The position numbers and the translations under genes are program-made. The notes under the pieces were generated by a model. That model was not told where the DNA came from. It was given only the letters and a program-made list of their open reading frames with translations, and made no database searches. A stretch of 64,000 bases of DNA from Mobula birostris (lineage: Eukaryota), in the NCBI RefSeq assembly GCF_030028105.1, contig NC_092370.1, positions 242,836,005 to 242,900,004 of the forward strand, in the 5' to 3' direction. Position 1 is the stretch's first letter, and each line of letters begins with the position of its first letter. Below are positions 37,661 to 50,754 of the stretch, in pieces.

Positions 37661-38369
37661 AATAAATAAGTAATGGTTCTTTAACCTGGTGGTGTGGGAC
37701 CTAAAGCTTCTGTGCCTCCTGCCATTGGCAGAAGTGAGAAAAGAACCTGGCCTAGATGGTGGGGTCTTTGATGATGGATGTTGCCTTCTTGTGGCAGCAC
37801 TCCATGTAGATTAGTTCAAAGGTGGGGAGGGCTTTGCCCGTGTTGGACTGGACTGTATCTTTTTGTAGCCTTTTTTATTCCTGGACATTGGTGTCTCCAT
37901 ACCAGATTGCATAAAGTCAAAATGACTATAGCTTTTAAAGCATTTCACCTGACCTAGCAAACTCTATTTTGCTCTGTTGTATCCCAGGAGTGAACTGTCC
38001 AAATTGAATTCACTCAGACATTAGGGATCAGTTCAGAGAAGATTATAATTAAAGAACTAAATCAATGCAATTTCTAAATAATTCAAATGATCTCCAATCT
38101 CATAAAATCCGCAAGCCCCAGAGGTCAATGAGTTAGGTGTCTAGCTGTACATTCACAGGGGGCAGAGATATGTTCACTTTTAAATTCTATTTATTGTCCA
38201 TCCCTATTTAGTGGTGGTGAACCTCATTCTTAAACCTCTGTGTTCCTGCTAAAGGTCCTCTTCTGGTGGATATAGAACCAGCAATGTAATTCCAGGTCAG
38301 GATTGCTTCCAGTTCCAGGAGAACCTGAAAATGACAGTGCCCCCTAGTGTCCAATACCCTTTGTCCATC

Positions 38370-38660
38370 TTATTTATCACTACAGCGTGGAACAGGCCCT
38401 CTGGCCCTTGGACCCACACTGTTCAGCAATCCTCGACAACCCTGATTTAACATTAATCCCATCATGGGACAATTTACAATGACAAATTAACCTATCCAGT
38501 CTCTGGACTGCGGGAGGAAACCGGAGCATCCGGGGAAAACCCATGCATTCCACGGGTAGGACATACAAACTCCTTACAGAGAGCGCAGGAATTGAACTCC
38601 AGGCTCCGGCACCCTAAGCTGTAATGGTGTTGGGCTAACTGCTACGTGACCGTGGTGCCC
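38370..38660 (-). mobile_element. V-domain SINE, near full length
   Basis: Head gggcaccacggtcacgtagcagttagc, B box GAGTTCAATTCC, V domain. Confidence 0.85.
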
Positions 38661-38879
38661 GAACATCTTGGTGGTGGAGGTTATGTACTTGGGATGTACT
38701 GTCAGAATTAATCTGCATTGATTGGAGCACTGAAGAGAAATTTGGGCAAATACATGGAAACGAAGGGCATGGACATCTATGGTCCAGGAGTGAGTCAAAT
38801 AAAAACTAGGCAGAATAACAGTTCAGCATGGACTAGATGGGCTGTAGGGTAGTGCACTATGATTCTATAACTAGTAACT

Positions 38880-39911
38880 GCAGTGAAGTTTGGAGATGCA
38901 CCCAAAATAAAATAAGAGACATCTTGGGAATCAAAGTTGGGAGTGAAAACATCAATAATTTCAGATATGCGGATGACACTGTGTTAGCTGCAAGTACAGA
39001 GGAAGAACTACAAAACGTAATTGATATAGTTGTTGAAGAAAGTGCAAATATGGGTCTATCTATCAATTGCAAAAAGACAGAGTGTATGGTGATATCCAAA
39101 AAGAAGGAGAATCCTATCTGCAGGCTGAGAATAAACGGGGAAGACATAAAACAAGTACAGGACTTTTGCTACTTAGGAAGCTGGGTGACATCAGATGGCA
39201 GGTGCGACATGGACATCAAAAGAATAGGGATGGCAAAAGACACCTTTACGAGGTGTTGATGTTGTCATTTAAAGTTAAATTGGATAGATATATGGACAGG
39301 AAAGGAATGGAGGGTTATGGGCCGAGTGCAGGTCGGTGGGACGAGGTGAGAGTAACAGTTCGGAATGGACTAGAAGGGCTGAGATGGCCTGTTTCCGTGC
39401 TGTAATAGTTATATGGTTATATGGAGAGTATACTGACCAATACTAAACTAGGCATGACAACCCGCCTCAGAGTACTGAAATGTTACGTTTATCCAGTTAT
39501 GTTATATGGATCAGAATGTTGGACAATATCTAGTAACATGAGGATACAAATCGAAGCAGCAGAGATGTGGTGCTTGAGGAGGATGCAAAGAATATCAAGG
39601 ACGAAATGAATATCTAACGAGGATGTCATGAACAGAGCAAGCACAAAGAGAGAAGTAATGTATGAGATCATGAAAAGGCAACGTAACTTCATTGGAGATG
39701 TGATTAGGAAAGAGGAGTTAGAATGCACGGTAATTATGGGAAAGATTGAAGGGAAGAAAGCAAAAGGAAGGCAAGGACAAATGATGATGGAGACAGCAGC
39801 CAGAGAACTGGAAATGAATATCAATGAATTGATCCACTTGACCCGAAACAGGAGTGCGTGGGCCATGGCAGTCAAAGCTCAATCTGGGCACGGCACCTGA
39901 TGATGATGATG
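38880..39911 (+). mobile_element. RTE/BovB-like LINE 3' part (RT) with (TGA)n tail; interrupted by a CR1 3'UTR piece at about 39254-39420
   Basis: GIKVGSENINNFRYADDTVL; CYVYPVMLYGSECWTIS..IEAAEMWCLRRMQRIS; GKIEGKKAKGRQ; tail cacggcacctgatgatgatgat. Confidence 0.9.
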
Positions 39912-42099
39912 ACCCATAGTTGATGCTTTGCATTTGGGCAATTGGAAGATATCTCAAGACGCCTATGTCTTGCACCTGTGGAATACAGAAAGAATGGAGT
40001 GCCACGAAGAGCCACCTACCACATGATCCCCAGCCTCTGATCTGTTCTTGTAGTCACGCGGCTAGTCCATTTGGCTCCTGGTTAATAAAAATGTTGATGG
40101 CGAGGAACCTGACATTGGAAATGTCATTGAATGTTAATTGTAGGTGGTTAGACCGTCTCCTATTGTAGATGATCATTGCCTGCCATAAAAGTTATTTGAT
40201 CTTTTCAGTCCATGCCTGAATGCTGTCTAGGTCCGGTTGCACGCAGGCATGGGCTAGTTCAGCTGCTGAAGGGTTGTGAATGGAATTGAACATTGAAAAC
40301 CCCTCCACAATGAAGAAGAAGACAAAAGATAGCCCTGGACTGGAGTATGTCTGGGCATAAAAATAATACTCCTTCTTCCTCTGTAAATGGGCCATGAGGA
40401 ACAGACATGGTTCTAGTGAAGAGGGTTACAAATCAGATGGCATCCATGGATAGAAAATATCAGAGTGAATGTTTAATGTTCAGGTCAATGTTCAAAGTTC
40501 AAAGTACATTCTTTATCGAAATATGAATACTTTATACAACCTTGAGATTTGTCTCCTTACAGGGAGCCACAAAACAACGAAACCCAGCAGAACCCATTTA
40601 AACACCCAATGTGCAGAAAAAACAACAAATTGTGCAAACAATAGAAGTAAGCAAATAGCTCCAGAACTGAGGTTCATGAGAGTGAGTCCACAGCCAATTC
40701 AAAAGCCCATTAGTTGCAGGCCACAGCCTTAGTTCAGCGCAGAGATGAGTAAACTTCTTGGAGCACCAAGCTGAACTGGCCCGTCCCTTGTCTTTAGCTC
40801 CAACATCCAGATCTCTTTAATCTGAATCACTCAAACCTCGGGTCATCCACCACTCTTGGACCCTTCACACACTTGCTGATTTGTCACATTTTCAGGCCTG
40901 AACCCCACTGCCTTGATTCAGCCCGTACCTAAACTTTCCAGTTCAGCTTGGCAATTAAATGGATTAAACCTCGGGTCTTTCCTCACCCTCAGGCCTGGGC
41001 TCCGCATTAATTCTGACTCGACTCTACTTGCCTCACCTCACGACCTTTCATCATCAGGGGAAATCAAATGTACTTTACGTTGTCGAGATGAGGAAGGGTG
41101 ATGGATTTTCTGTGATGGGATGGAGACAAATTATGTCCAGGGAACACAATTGCTTACCTTATGTTGAGATTCCGATAGAAACATTCCTGGGAGAGGTTTT
41201 TGTGGGAATGTTGCAAATGCTTGTCAGGTCTCAATAGTCAGAGGTGGTAACTTGAAGCAAGCACAAAGCGTCTGAAGTCAATGGCCAGGTACTCTAAACA
41301 GGAGGATTTAAATAGCAAATTGTTCTGGAATTCCACTACCAGATGTAGAGATCTGGAGCTGTTTGACAGATCCTGAATCTAATGGCAGGCTAATCTCTTC
41401 CTGAGAGAAATAATCTCTGGATTCCTATGCCAAGTTTTATGGACAATAGAACATAGAACAGTACAGCACAGGAACAGGCACTTCGGTCCACAGTGTTGTG
41501 TCAAACCAAATAATTTAGTAGTCAATTGGCCAACTAAATTAATTTCTTCTACCAATACAATGTCCCTATCCTTCCATTTTCCTTATTACTGTGCTTATCA
41601 ACACATCTCTTAAAATTCCTTAATGTTTCTTCCTGTACCAGGACCCCGCACAATACATCCAGGCACCACCATTCTCTTTAAAGAGCTTTCCTCTCTCACC
41701 TCTTTTAAAATGACCCCTCTCACCTTAAACGCATGCCTTCTGGTGTTAGACATTTCAACCCCAGGAGAAAGATACTGGCTGACTCTCATAACCTTATAAA
41801 TCTCTATTGGGGACTGAAAGTGGGAAACAGGCAGGGAAACGGGAATCATGGGTAGAAAAATGGGAAGGGAGAGGGGAGGGAGCGGGAAACACGAGAGACA
41901 TTCTGTAATGATCAATAAACCAGTTGCATGGAATCAAGCAACCTTGCCTGGTGTCTCAGGTCTGGCTGTGTCTGCACCTATGGCACTCCCTCTCCGCTGC
42001 CTATCCCACACCCTTCCCGCAGTGCTCCACCCTCACCATTCCCATTATTCTTTGCTCCCGCCAGATTTAAAAGCTCAGTCTCTGCTCCACGTTGACAAA

Positions 42100-42170
42100 T
42101 ACAGCACTGTGCAAAATTCTTAGGTTCCATAGCTATATATGTGTGCCAATGACATTTGCACAGTACTGTA
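42100..42170. mobile_element. ~70-bp hairpin mini-MITE with Tc1-like TIR (CAGTACTGTGCAAAAG)
   Basis: tacagcactgtgcaaaa ... tttgcacagtactgta; second copy at 53775-53845. Confidence 0.6.
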
Positions 42171-42629
42171 AGTGATTAAAGACTTGATCTACACACACTT
42201 TCAAGATTCAAGATTATTTAATGTCATTTCCGATACACAAGTGTAGAGCAGAACAAGATAATTGTTACTTTGAGAAATTAGTTAAATTAGTTGTTTTTCA
42301 GCAACAGTACAGGGCAATACATAAAGTATACTATAAATTACAATGAGAAGTATATATAAAAAAAGGAATGCAAGAAGTGAGCAAATGTAATCAATTAGTG
42401 TTCATGGGTTCACTTTCCTTTCCAAAATCTGATGGCCGAGGGGAAGAATCTGTTCCTAAAACAGTGAGTGTGCGTCTTCAGGCTCCTGTACCTTCTCCAT
42501 GATGGTTGCATTGAGAAGAGGGCACGTCCTGGGTGATGAGGATCCTTAATGATGGATTCTGCCATTTTGAAGCATCACCTTTGGAGACATCCTCGATGTT
42601 GGGGATAATAATAATAACAACAATAATAA

Positions 42630-42945
42630 TAAACACGTGACTTACAGAAATCAGTAAGTGATAAAGACTAGAAATATGCTGAAATAAAAGAGTAAATTAA
42701 AAGACTTTTGAATATGAACGGGGTAGACATTGTCCCGACAGTAATATCAACAACTGGTATCATCCCAAAGTCACTACACAATAACATTAAACAATTAGAG
42801 CTACACAGTAGTATCTACATAAATCTTCAGAGAGCCACAATACTAAACATCACTAGAATAGTCCGAAAGTTCTGAGCGATTGAGAAATGACTGTGCTTCG
42901 ATATGCCTATACCTCAGGTTTACCAGTTTGAGCAGAGAAAAATAA
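42630..42945 (+). mobile_element. R4/Dong-clade LINE 3' end inside a (TAA)n tract
   Basis: Homologous to 33090-33360 (..VISTTGIIPKSLHNNIKQL..); flanked by (taa)n on both sides. Confidence 0.75.
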
Positions 42946-43460
42946 ATAATAATAACTTTATTTATAGACCACCTTTCATACAGACAATGTAGTTCAAAGT
43001 GCTTTACAATGAGATAAAGTGAAAACATGAAATTAAAATAAAAAATAAAAATAAAAACAAACTTGAAAATAAAGGACTAAAATAAAAGATGCTAGTTAAA
43101 AGCAAAGTAAAACAAATAGGTGTTGAGCTGGCACTTAAAAGTGTCAACTGAGACTGCAGTCCTTATAGTTTTAAGCATTGAGTTCCGCAGGTTAGAGCTG
43201 TAGTTCAAAAAAGCTGACTTGACAATTATCTTTTGAGGGAGTTTGTTTAAATTTAAGAGACTGGTAGAAGAATACCTGAGAGCTCAAGCAGAATTATAAA
43301 GCAAAAGAAATTCTGTGATATACTCCAGTCCCAAACCATTAAGGGCTTTAAAAACAAGCAAAATAACCTTAAAATCAATCCTAAAAGATATAGGAAGTAA
43401 ACCCAGAGTAACTAGTATGGAAGTGATATATTCCCACATCCTAGTTTTAGTTAAAAGTTT
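42946..43460 (-). mobile_element. L2 LINE 3' end
   Basis: LLPISFRIDFKVILLVFKALNGLG; homologous to 23095-23570. Confidence 0.85.
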
Positions 43461-44279
43461 GAATAAGTTGAAGTTTGTCAACAGATTGCTTTGAAAGGCC
43501 AGCATATGTCAGAATGCAGATCAGTGTTGTCAAGTAGAAAATAATTTCAAAAACCAGCAGTAAGTGATTGAGGAGGGGGGAAAAAAGGCACCATTTGAAA
43601 CTAAAATATATAATCACATCCATGGAGAGAGGGGAAGATAGGAGTGACTACCTGACATTGTAAATTCAGTATTGCATCCCTAAAGCTGCAACATTCTGGA
43701 GAGAAAATGGGAAGTCATTCCTCAAATTTACATTGGGGTTCACTAGACTAGGTATTGGTTTATTATTGTGAAAAGCTTGTACTTCATACAGATCAAATCA
43801 TTACACAGTGCACTGACATACAACAAGATAAAACAATGAGAGTTTACAGAATGAAGTGTAACAACTACAGGAAAAGAGAGCAGTGCAGCAAACATTAAGG
43901 CGCAAGGTCATAATGAGGTAGATTGTGAGGTCGTGTCTAACTAATCTGGAGTAATGTAATGGGTCAAAATCACAGAGAGAAGTGACTAGAAGCTCAGTAT
44001 CTCCCTAACATCCTGAAGAGAGGTCACCCAATCTGCATTTGATTTAGTATTTATTAGGCGACTACATCATGGTAACTAAGTAGCCCCCTCCCTGAGAGGG
44101 GAGGCTTTGGACTTTATCCTTTAAGCTCCAAGGAAAGACGAGTGAAGTCTCATTCACTCGGGTGATTCAGTGATTCAGTTCCGGAATCTAATATTCCAAG
44201 GTAAAACAGCATAACAGTGAGTGAGCATAAGAGAATCAGGTTGCAGAATTTCTTGTTTCTTCGCCTCCCCACTTACCTT

Positions 44280-44555
44280 CCTCTGGTTCCCCACCTCCTT
44301 CCCTTTATCTCATGGACTACTGATCTCTCCTATCCATCTCCTTCTTCCTTGGCCCTTTATTTCTTCTACCTGTCCCCTTCCATCCTTTACTTCATCACCC
44401 ACCTCCCCCCTCACCTGTCTGCTTTGTTCTGGATTCTTCCCCCTTCCTTCCCAATCCTGACGAAGGGTTTCAGCCTGAAACGTCAGCTGCTGAATCCCCT
44501 CCATAGATGCTGCCTGATCTGTTGCATTCCATCAGCATTTTGTGCATGTTGCTCC
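44280..44555 (+). mobile_element. Penelope pLTR fragment
   Basis: Contains ctgacgaagggtttcagcctgaaacgtc (hammerhead core with broken stem I). Confidence 0.75.
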
Positions 44556-44559
44556 GGGT

Positions 44560-44810
44560 TTCAGGGCTCAGAGTTCAATTCCAGCTCCATCTGTAAGAAG
44601 ATTGTACATTCTCCCCCTGAGTGCCTGTGTTTCCTCCAGATGCTTTGGTTTCCACTGACAGTCCAAAGCCAAGCTGGTTAGTAGGTTAATTGGTGATTGT
44701 AACTTGTCCAGTGATTAGGCTAGGGTTAAATAGGTGGGTTACTGGCTGGGTCGGCTTGTTGGGCCAGAAGTTCCTGTTCTGCACTGTATCTCTAAATAAA
44801 ATAAACATAA
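44560..44810 (+). mobile_element. V-domain SINE
   Basis: GAGTTCAATTCC and V body. Confidence 0.75.
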
Positions 44811-45429
44811 AAATAAAATTGAACAAGTTGAGCATCACTGTACCCTTTAACCAGAACTGTGAATATTTCTCACTCACGTTCTAGTTAGAAATTCATTTGA
44901 TTCAGATTTCTTCAGCAGGTCTTCTGAAAGCTCCAGATTCTTAAACAGAAGCAAGTCCATATTTTTTCTTCAACAAACTCAGAGTTAATTTAATTTCATT
45001 GACTATATTTATAACGTGGCCTCATTCCAGCTGAAACAGATGGAAAGATCAATAAAAGGAAACATCTTTGACAAATCCTAGAATGTTTTATTGCTAATTG
45101 ATGCAACTATGGGAAAGCGTCTATGGATAAGAGTAAACAGCTGATGTTTCAGGCTGAGATGAAGGATCTTGGCCTAAAATGTTCCCTAGGTGCTGTCTGG
45201 CCTACTCAGTTCCTCCAGCATTTCGTATGCATTGCTTGGATTTCCAGCATCTGCAGATTTCCTCATCTTTGTGCTAACTAATGTTCTGCTTTTGAAATGA
45301 TTAGTATGTTTTTAATTTTCCTTTGGGTGAAACATTAAATACTTCAAAGGAACATAAGAACACAAGAAAGTAGGAGCAAGAATAGGTCATGTGGCCCCTC
45401 AAGCCTGCCTGACACTCAAAACAAACATA

Positions 45430-45710
45430 TGAACAGGAAGGGAACGGTAACTCAAATAACCATGTTAAACCAGTGGTGTGTGGAAGAGCATCCCTGAACA
45501 TACAGCACATCAATCTTTGAAGTGGACAGACTACAACAGCAGAAGACCATGAACACGCACTCAGTGGCCATTTTATTAGGTACCAGAGAAGTTACATAAT
45601 AATCTGAAGAGTCAAGGAATTGAGGGCTAAATAGAAAAGGAGCTGAGACGTGGGAGCAATCAAGTACACTCAGTGGCCACTTGTACCTAATAAAGTGGCC
45701 ACTGAGTGCA
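45430..45710 (+). mobile_element. Tc1-like fragment and 45-bp TIR-only palindrome (45665-45710)
   Basis: cactcagtggccacttgtacctaataaagtggccactgagtg; upstream transposase remnant. Confidence 0.7.
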
Positions 45711-47860
45711 TTTGAGTGGTCCCATATCTCAACTCCTTTTCGACTTAGCCCTCAATTCTTTGGCCTTTCAGATTTTGATGCAACTTCTCTTTAAATGTCT
45801 CAGCCATCACAGTTCTCTGCATTACCAGAGACTGGTCATTTTCTTTAGGAAGAGGGTTAACTGCTATGAGGAGAGCTTCAGAGAGAACTCACCTCTGAAC
45901 TCAAACTTGCTGGACATTTCAAAGTTGTAAACATTCATTAACAGGCCTGGCTAATAAACTCCACAGAGGGAACAAACAGCATAGTTTTTAAAAAAATCTG
46001 GATTTTCAAAGGAACGTTCCAACCTCACCTTGGATAACAAAACACTTAGCCTTCAAACTTCAAAGTTCAAAATAAATTTATTATCAAAGTACATATGTGT
46101 CACTGTATACAACTCTGAGATTCACTCTCTTGAGGGCATGCTCAGTAAATCCAAGAATCATAATAGAATCAAAGAAAGACCACACCCAACAGGGTGGAAA
46201 AAACGACCAATGTGCAAAAGGCAGTGAACTGAGCAAATACAAAAGAGAAAAAAGAAATAATAATAAATTAATCAATAAATAAGCAACTCACCTTAAATGG
46301 ATGTCTTCTGATACTAGCCATTGCTGCGCTGGGAAAAAGCGGTTGGCGGTCCCCTCTAATTTTTTCTCTTATAACCTTGTGCATCTGTCAAGTTGCCTCT
46401 CATCTTCCTTTGCTCCAAAGAGAAAAACAGAAGTTTAAAGTTCCAAGTAAATTTATTATCAAACTGGATATATGTCACCATATACTAGCCTGAGGTTAAT
46501 TTTCTCGAGAACATAAGACGAAGAGTCATTGAGAGTGAGCTCATAGGTTGTGGGAACATTTCAGTGATAGGCGGAGTGAAGTTGAGTGATTCAGGAGCCT
46601 GATAGTTGAGGGATAATAATTGTTCCTGAACCTGCTGGTGTGGGACCTGAGGCTCCTGCACCTTCTTCCTGATGGCGGCAACGAGAAGAGAGCATGGCCT
46701 ACTACCACATATTAATTGTAACTTTCGTGATTTTTTAAAAGGTTACCCTTCAAGGGTCTTTTTGATATAATGCCACAGTAAGTGCACATAAATGGTCCTT
46801 GATGCAAAGAGAGATCAGTTTTCATGTAAGTGGCTAAACTCTACTATTCATTAGAAATAAAGACAGCTTTTTTCAAACAGAAATTATTTCCGAGCATTCT
46901 GGCAGATTGATTGTACTATATTTGATTTAATTTAAGGGGCAAATGAATACATAAAAACTGAAGTCAAGTGCACATTTCACAGAAGTGGAGAAGTTGATTT
47001 AATCTGTTTTAACATGTACTGTTCTAAAATTCAAGTATTACTGTTTAATTTTAGACCAAAAAAAACTATTTCACTGTGGGAATTTTTAAAAGTTGCTATG
47101 ATATCTGTATGCTGCAGCCGTTACTTCAAAACAAACCAAAACCGCTGTGAGACAAAGCATGGGGGTTGACACTATATGACACGCTTCCAAAATAATTACA
47201 CCAAGTCAAAGAGCATACACTTGATCCCTTATTATGAGGCCAACACAGATGAACAATCTTGTAGTGATAAAAAACTAACAAAGCTAAAATTAGCGATATA
47301 ACGAAATAGCGAAGTTAGCGATATGAAGCAGTATAATAGCATTTCAATTAGCATAACTAAGTACAGGAGTCTGAGGGCACACACTCAGCGATTCAGAAAC
47401 AGCTTCTTCCCCTCTGCCATCCAATTTCTAAATAGACACATTAAACAGATGAACACTACCTCACTTTTTAATATACATTATTTCTATTTTTGCACGATTT
47501 TTAATCTATTCAATATACATATACTGTAATCGATTTATTTATTTATTTTTCTTCTATATTGCATTGAACTGCTGCTGCTAAGTTAACACATTTCATGATG
47601 ATAATAAACCTGATTCTGATTCTGAATAGTGGCCAACAAAGTCATACCACCTCGTGGCTCACCCTGACTCTAACTGACCCAAGACTATGTGTGAATATGT
47701 GACTATACTTCTACCACGTCCCAACCCACGTAACAAAGTACCCATAATAAATGCACAATGCAATTCCCAATGCAGGTAGAAAATAAATACATGCTCCAAT
47801 AGCATGCTACCAAATTTACCATTTTTAATGCTACCACTGATACACGTAACCAGCATCCAC

Positions 47861-48424
47861 TACACTCAATAGCCACATTATTAGGTACACCTGTACACCT
47901 GCTCAGTAATCTAATCAAACAATCATGTGGCAGCAACTCAACGCATAAAAGCATGCAGACGTGGTCTAGGGGTTCAGCTGTTTTTCAGCCCAAACATCAG
48001 AATGGGGAAGAAATGAGATCTAAGTGACTTTGACCATGGAATGATTGTTGGTGCCTGACAGGATGGCTTGAGTATCTCAGAAACTGCTGATCTCCTGGAA
48101 TTTTCATACACAATGGCCTCTAGAGTTTACAGAGAATGGTGTGAGAAACAAAAAAAAATCTAGTGAGCGGCAGTTCTGTGGACGAAAAGACCCTGTTAAT
48201 GAAAGAGGTCTGAGGAGAATAGCCAGACTGATTCAAGCTGACAGGAAGGTAACTATACCTTAAATAATCACATGTTACAATAGTGGTGTGCAGAAGAGTG
48301 TCTCTGAATGCACAACACGTCAAACCTTGAACTGGATGGGCTACAGCTGTGGAAGACCACATGAGTACACTCAGTGGCTACTTTATAATGTACAAGAGAT
48401 ACTTAATTAAATGGCCACTGAGAG
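47861..48424 (+). mobile_element. Internally deleted Tc1-like DNA transposon
   Basis: TIRs as in 14476-15012; MGKK*DLSDFDHGMIVGA..LSISETADLL starting at 48002, with stops. Confidence 0.85.
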
Positions 48425-48597
48425 TTTGTTTGCATATGGGCATTACCTCATGTCATATATGTTTCTTTGGAGGATCAATGATGGACATGGATAACCACCA
48501 GAGTAAGAGAAAAATCTGTAGGTCTTTGAGAAAGTACGTACTAGGAGAGCAAGTCCAAATGGACTGGCATTGATGCAGCACACCAAATGATCACCCT

Positions 48598-49587
48598 AAC
48601 AACAGGAATTCTTCAGATGCTGGAAATTCAAGCAACACACATCAAAGTTGCTGGTGAACGCAGCAGGCCAGGCAGCATCTTTAGGAAGAGGTACAGTCGA
48701 CGTTTCAGGCCGAGACCCTTCGTCAGGACTAACTGAAGGAAGAGTTAGTAAGAGATTTGAAAGTGGGAGGGGGAGATCCAAAATGATAGGAGAAGACAGG
48801 AGGGGGAGGGATGGAGCCAAGAGCTGGACAGGTGATTGGCAAAGGGGATATGAGAGGATCATGGGACAGGAGGCCTGGGGAGAATGACAAGGGAGGGGGG
48901 GAACCCAGAGGATGGGCAAGGGGTATAGTCAGAGGGACAGAGGGAGAAAAGGGAGAGAGAGAGAGAAAGAATGTGTGTATATAAATAAGTAACGGATGGG
49001 GTACGAGGGGGGGGGGTGGGGCATTAGCGGAAGTTAGAGAAGTCGATGTTCATGCCATCAGGTTGGAGGCTACCCAGACGGAATATAAGGTGTTGTTCCT
49101 CCAACCTGAGTGTGGCTTCATCTTTACAGTAGAGGAGGCCGTGGATAGACATGTCAGAATGGGAATGGGATGTGGAATTAAAATGTGTGGCCACTGGGAG
49201 ATCCTGCTTTCTCTGGCGGACAGAGCGTAAGTTTTGAGCAAAGCGGTCTTCCAGTCTGTGTCGGGTCTCACCAATATATAAAAGGCCACATCGGGAGCAC
49301 CGGACGCAATATATCACCCCAGCCGACTCACAGGTGAAGTGTCGCCTCACCTGGGAGAACTGTCTGGGGACCTGAATGGTGGTAAGGGAGGAAGTGTAAG
49401 GGCATGTGTAGCACTTGTTCCGTTTACAAGGATAAGTGCCAGGAGGGAGATCAGTGGGGAGGGATGGGTTGACGAATGGACAAGGGAGTCACGTAGGGAG
49501 CGATCCCTGTGGAAAGCGGGGGGGGGGGGGGGAGGGAAAGATGTGCTTAGTGGTTGGATCCCATTGGAGGTGGCGGAAGTTACGGAG
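48598..49587 (-). mobile_element. Young 5'-truncated Penelope-like retroelement (Neptune-like), GIY-YIG endonuclease and pLTR
   Basis: GVIYCVRCSRCGLLYIGET (GIY-YIG); linker GTYPCKRNKCYTC; perfect 13-bp duplication aaatgatcaccct at 48585-48597 and 49588-49600. Confidence 0.93.
48694..48731 (-). ncRNA. Minimal type I hammerhead ribozyme in pLTR
   Basis: AGUC-CUGACGA-AGG(GUCUCGG)CCU-GAAAC-GUC-GACU: complete core, paired stems I and II, palindromic ACGU stem III. Confidence 0.85.
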
Positions 49588-49639
49588 AAATGATCACCCT
49601 GTGTGCTGCGAGGCTCTACCGATTAGGAACTTGGGCAAA

Positions 49640-49915
49640 GGTACCCATGGTAGTGTAGCAGTTAGCATGATGCTATTACTGCTCTGGGTGCCAGAGTTCA
49701 GTGTTCAATCTTACGCTGTCTGTATAGACTTTGTACGTTCCTCCCTCTGAATGTGTGGGTTTACGTTGGGTGCTCTGGTTTCCTCCCACATTCTGGTTAG
49801 TAGATTAACTGGTCATTGTAAACTGTGATTAGGCTATGGTCACCTAGGTGGGTTGCTGGGCATGTAGCTCGTTAGGCCGGGAGGGCCTGTTCCACATTCT
49901 GTCTCTGAATAAAAT
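49640..49915 (+). mobile_element. V-domain SINE
   Basis: tRNA-like head and V domain. Confidence 0.75.
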
Positions 49916-50296
49916 AAACCTCAATATGGGAAACACACAGTGGGCTGGATCAGGAACTGCTTCACGTATCCAGCGAAAAAGACAAGCAAGCTCGCTCACA
50001 GAAAATTGTTCACTTGCAAAAATGCTTAATTCTCTGATTTGTACCGAAAATTGGATTCAGTTTTATTAAAATTTGGCCGGTTGTTCCTCTTCACTTTTAA
50101 ACCACACACAGCCAACCTATTGGAACTGTGAACAAATATTTTAAAATAATTATATTTTGATGCTGTAACAGATTTTAGAGATTATATTACATTTTCATAT
50201 TATAACAGCTTTTTCAAAAACCCTTAACTCTACTTCAAATTATCTTTCTTTTTATCTCTCTCAACTGGCACAAATAGCATTATGTTTTTTTTGTGC

Positions 50297-50650
50297 AGTG
50301 GTGGTTGTCCATTGTATCTAACAATGACAGGAAGCCTGTGTGGGGGACTTTTTAAAATGGAAAAGATGCTGCACTGGGGCAGACCCTCTGCCTCAACCTT
50401 GGAAGTCTGGGATCAGTGGTACGATTAGTCGTCACAGCCAGGAGTTTCCTTGGTTGCAGTGGACGACCATAGTTTCTTCTGTGCCTCGCTATGCCCTTCA
50501 CTCTCCACAAAGTGTTGCAGAACCACTTTCCAGGCTGTTGACTTTCACTGTTGATCTCTTCCACCCAGTCTGCCAGAGCTGGCTTCACGTGCTAGGACAG
50601 GCATGTCCCTATCTCACCAGGGTATGAGGCCTGTCAGCTACCCTCCCCTG
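50297..50650 (-). mobile_element. RTE-type non-autonomous element, family D
   Basis: RTE-like 5' motif accctggtgagatagggacatg and ggacaaccaccac tail. Confidence 0.45.
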
Positions 50651-50754
50651 CATAATTCATAGTAAGTTAAATTTATGTTAGCTTACATTCATCATGATTG
50701 TGTTGTTGCTGCAAAGTCTAATTTTCATGGCATTTGTATCCAGTATATACTGTA

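Noticed and set aside
49024-49350. Open 108-aa GIY-YIG ORF as a domesticated nuclease gene
   Set aside because: It is part of a 5'-truncated Penelope copy with a target-site duplication, has no ATG start and lacks the RT, so it is simply a young insertion.
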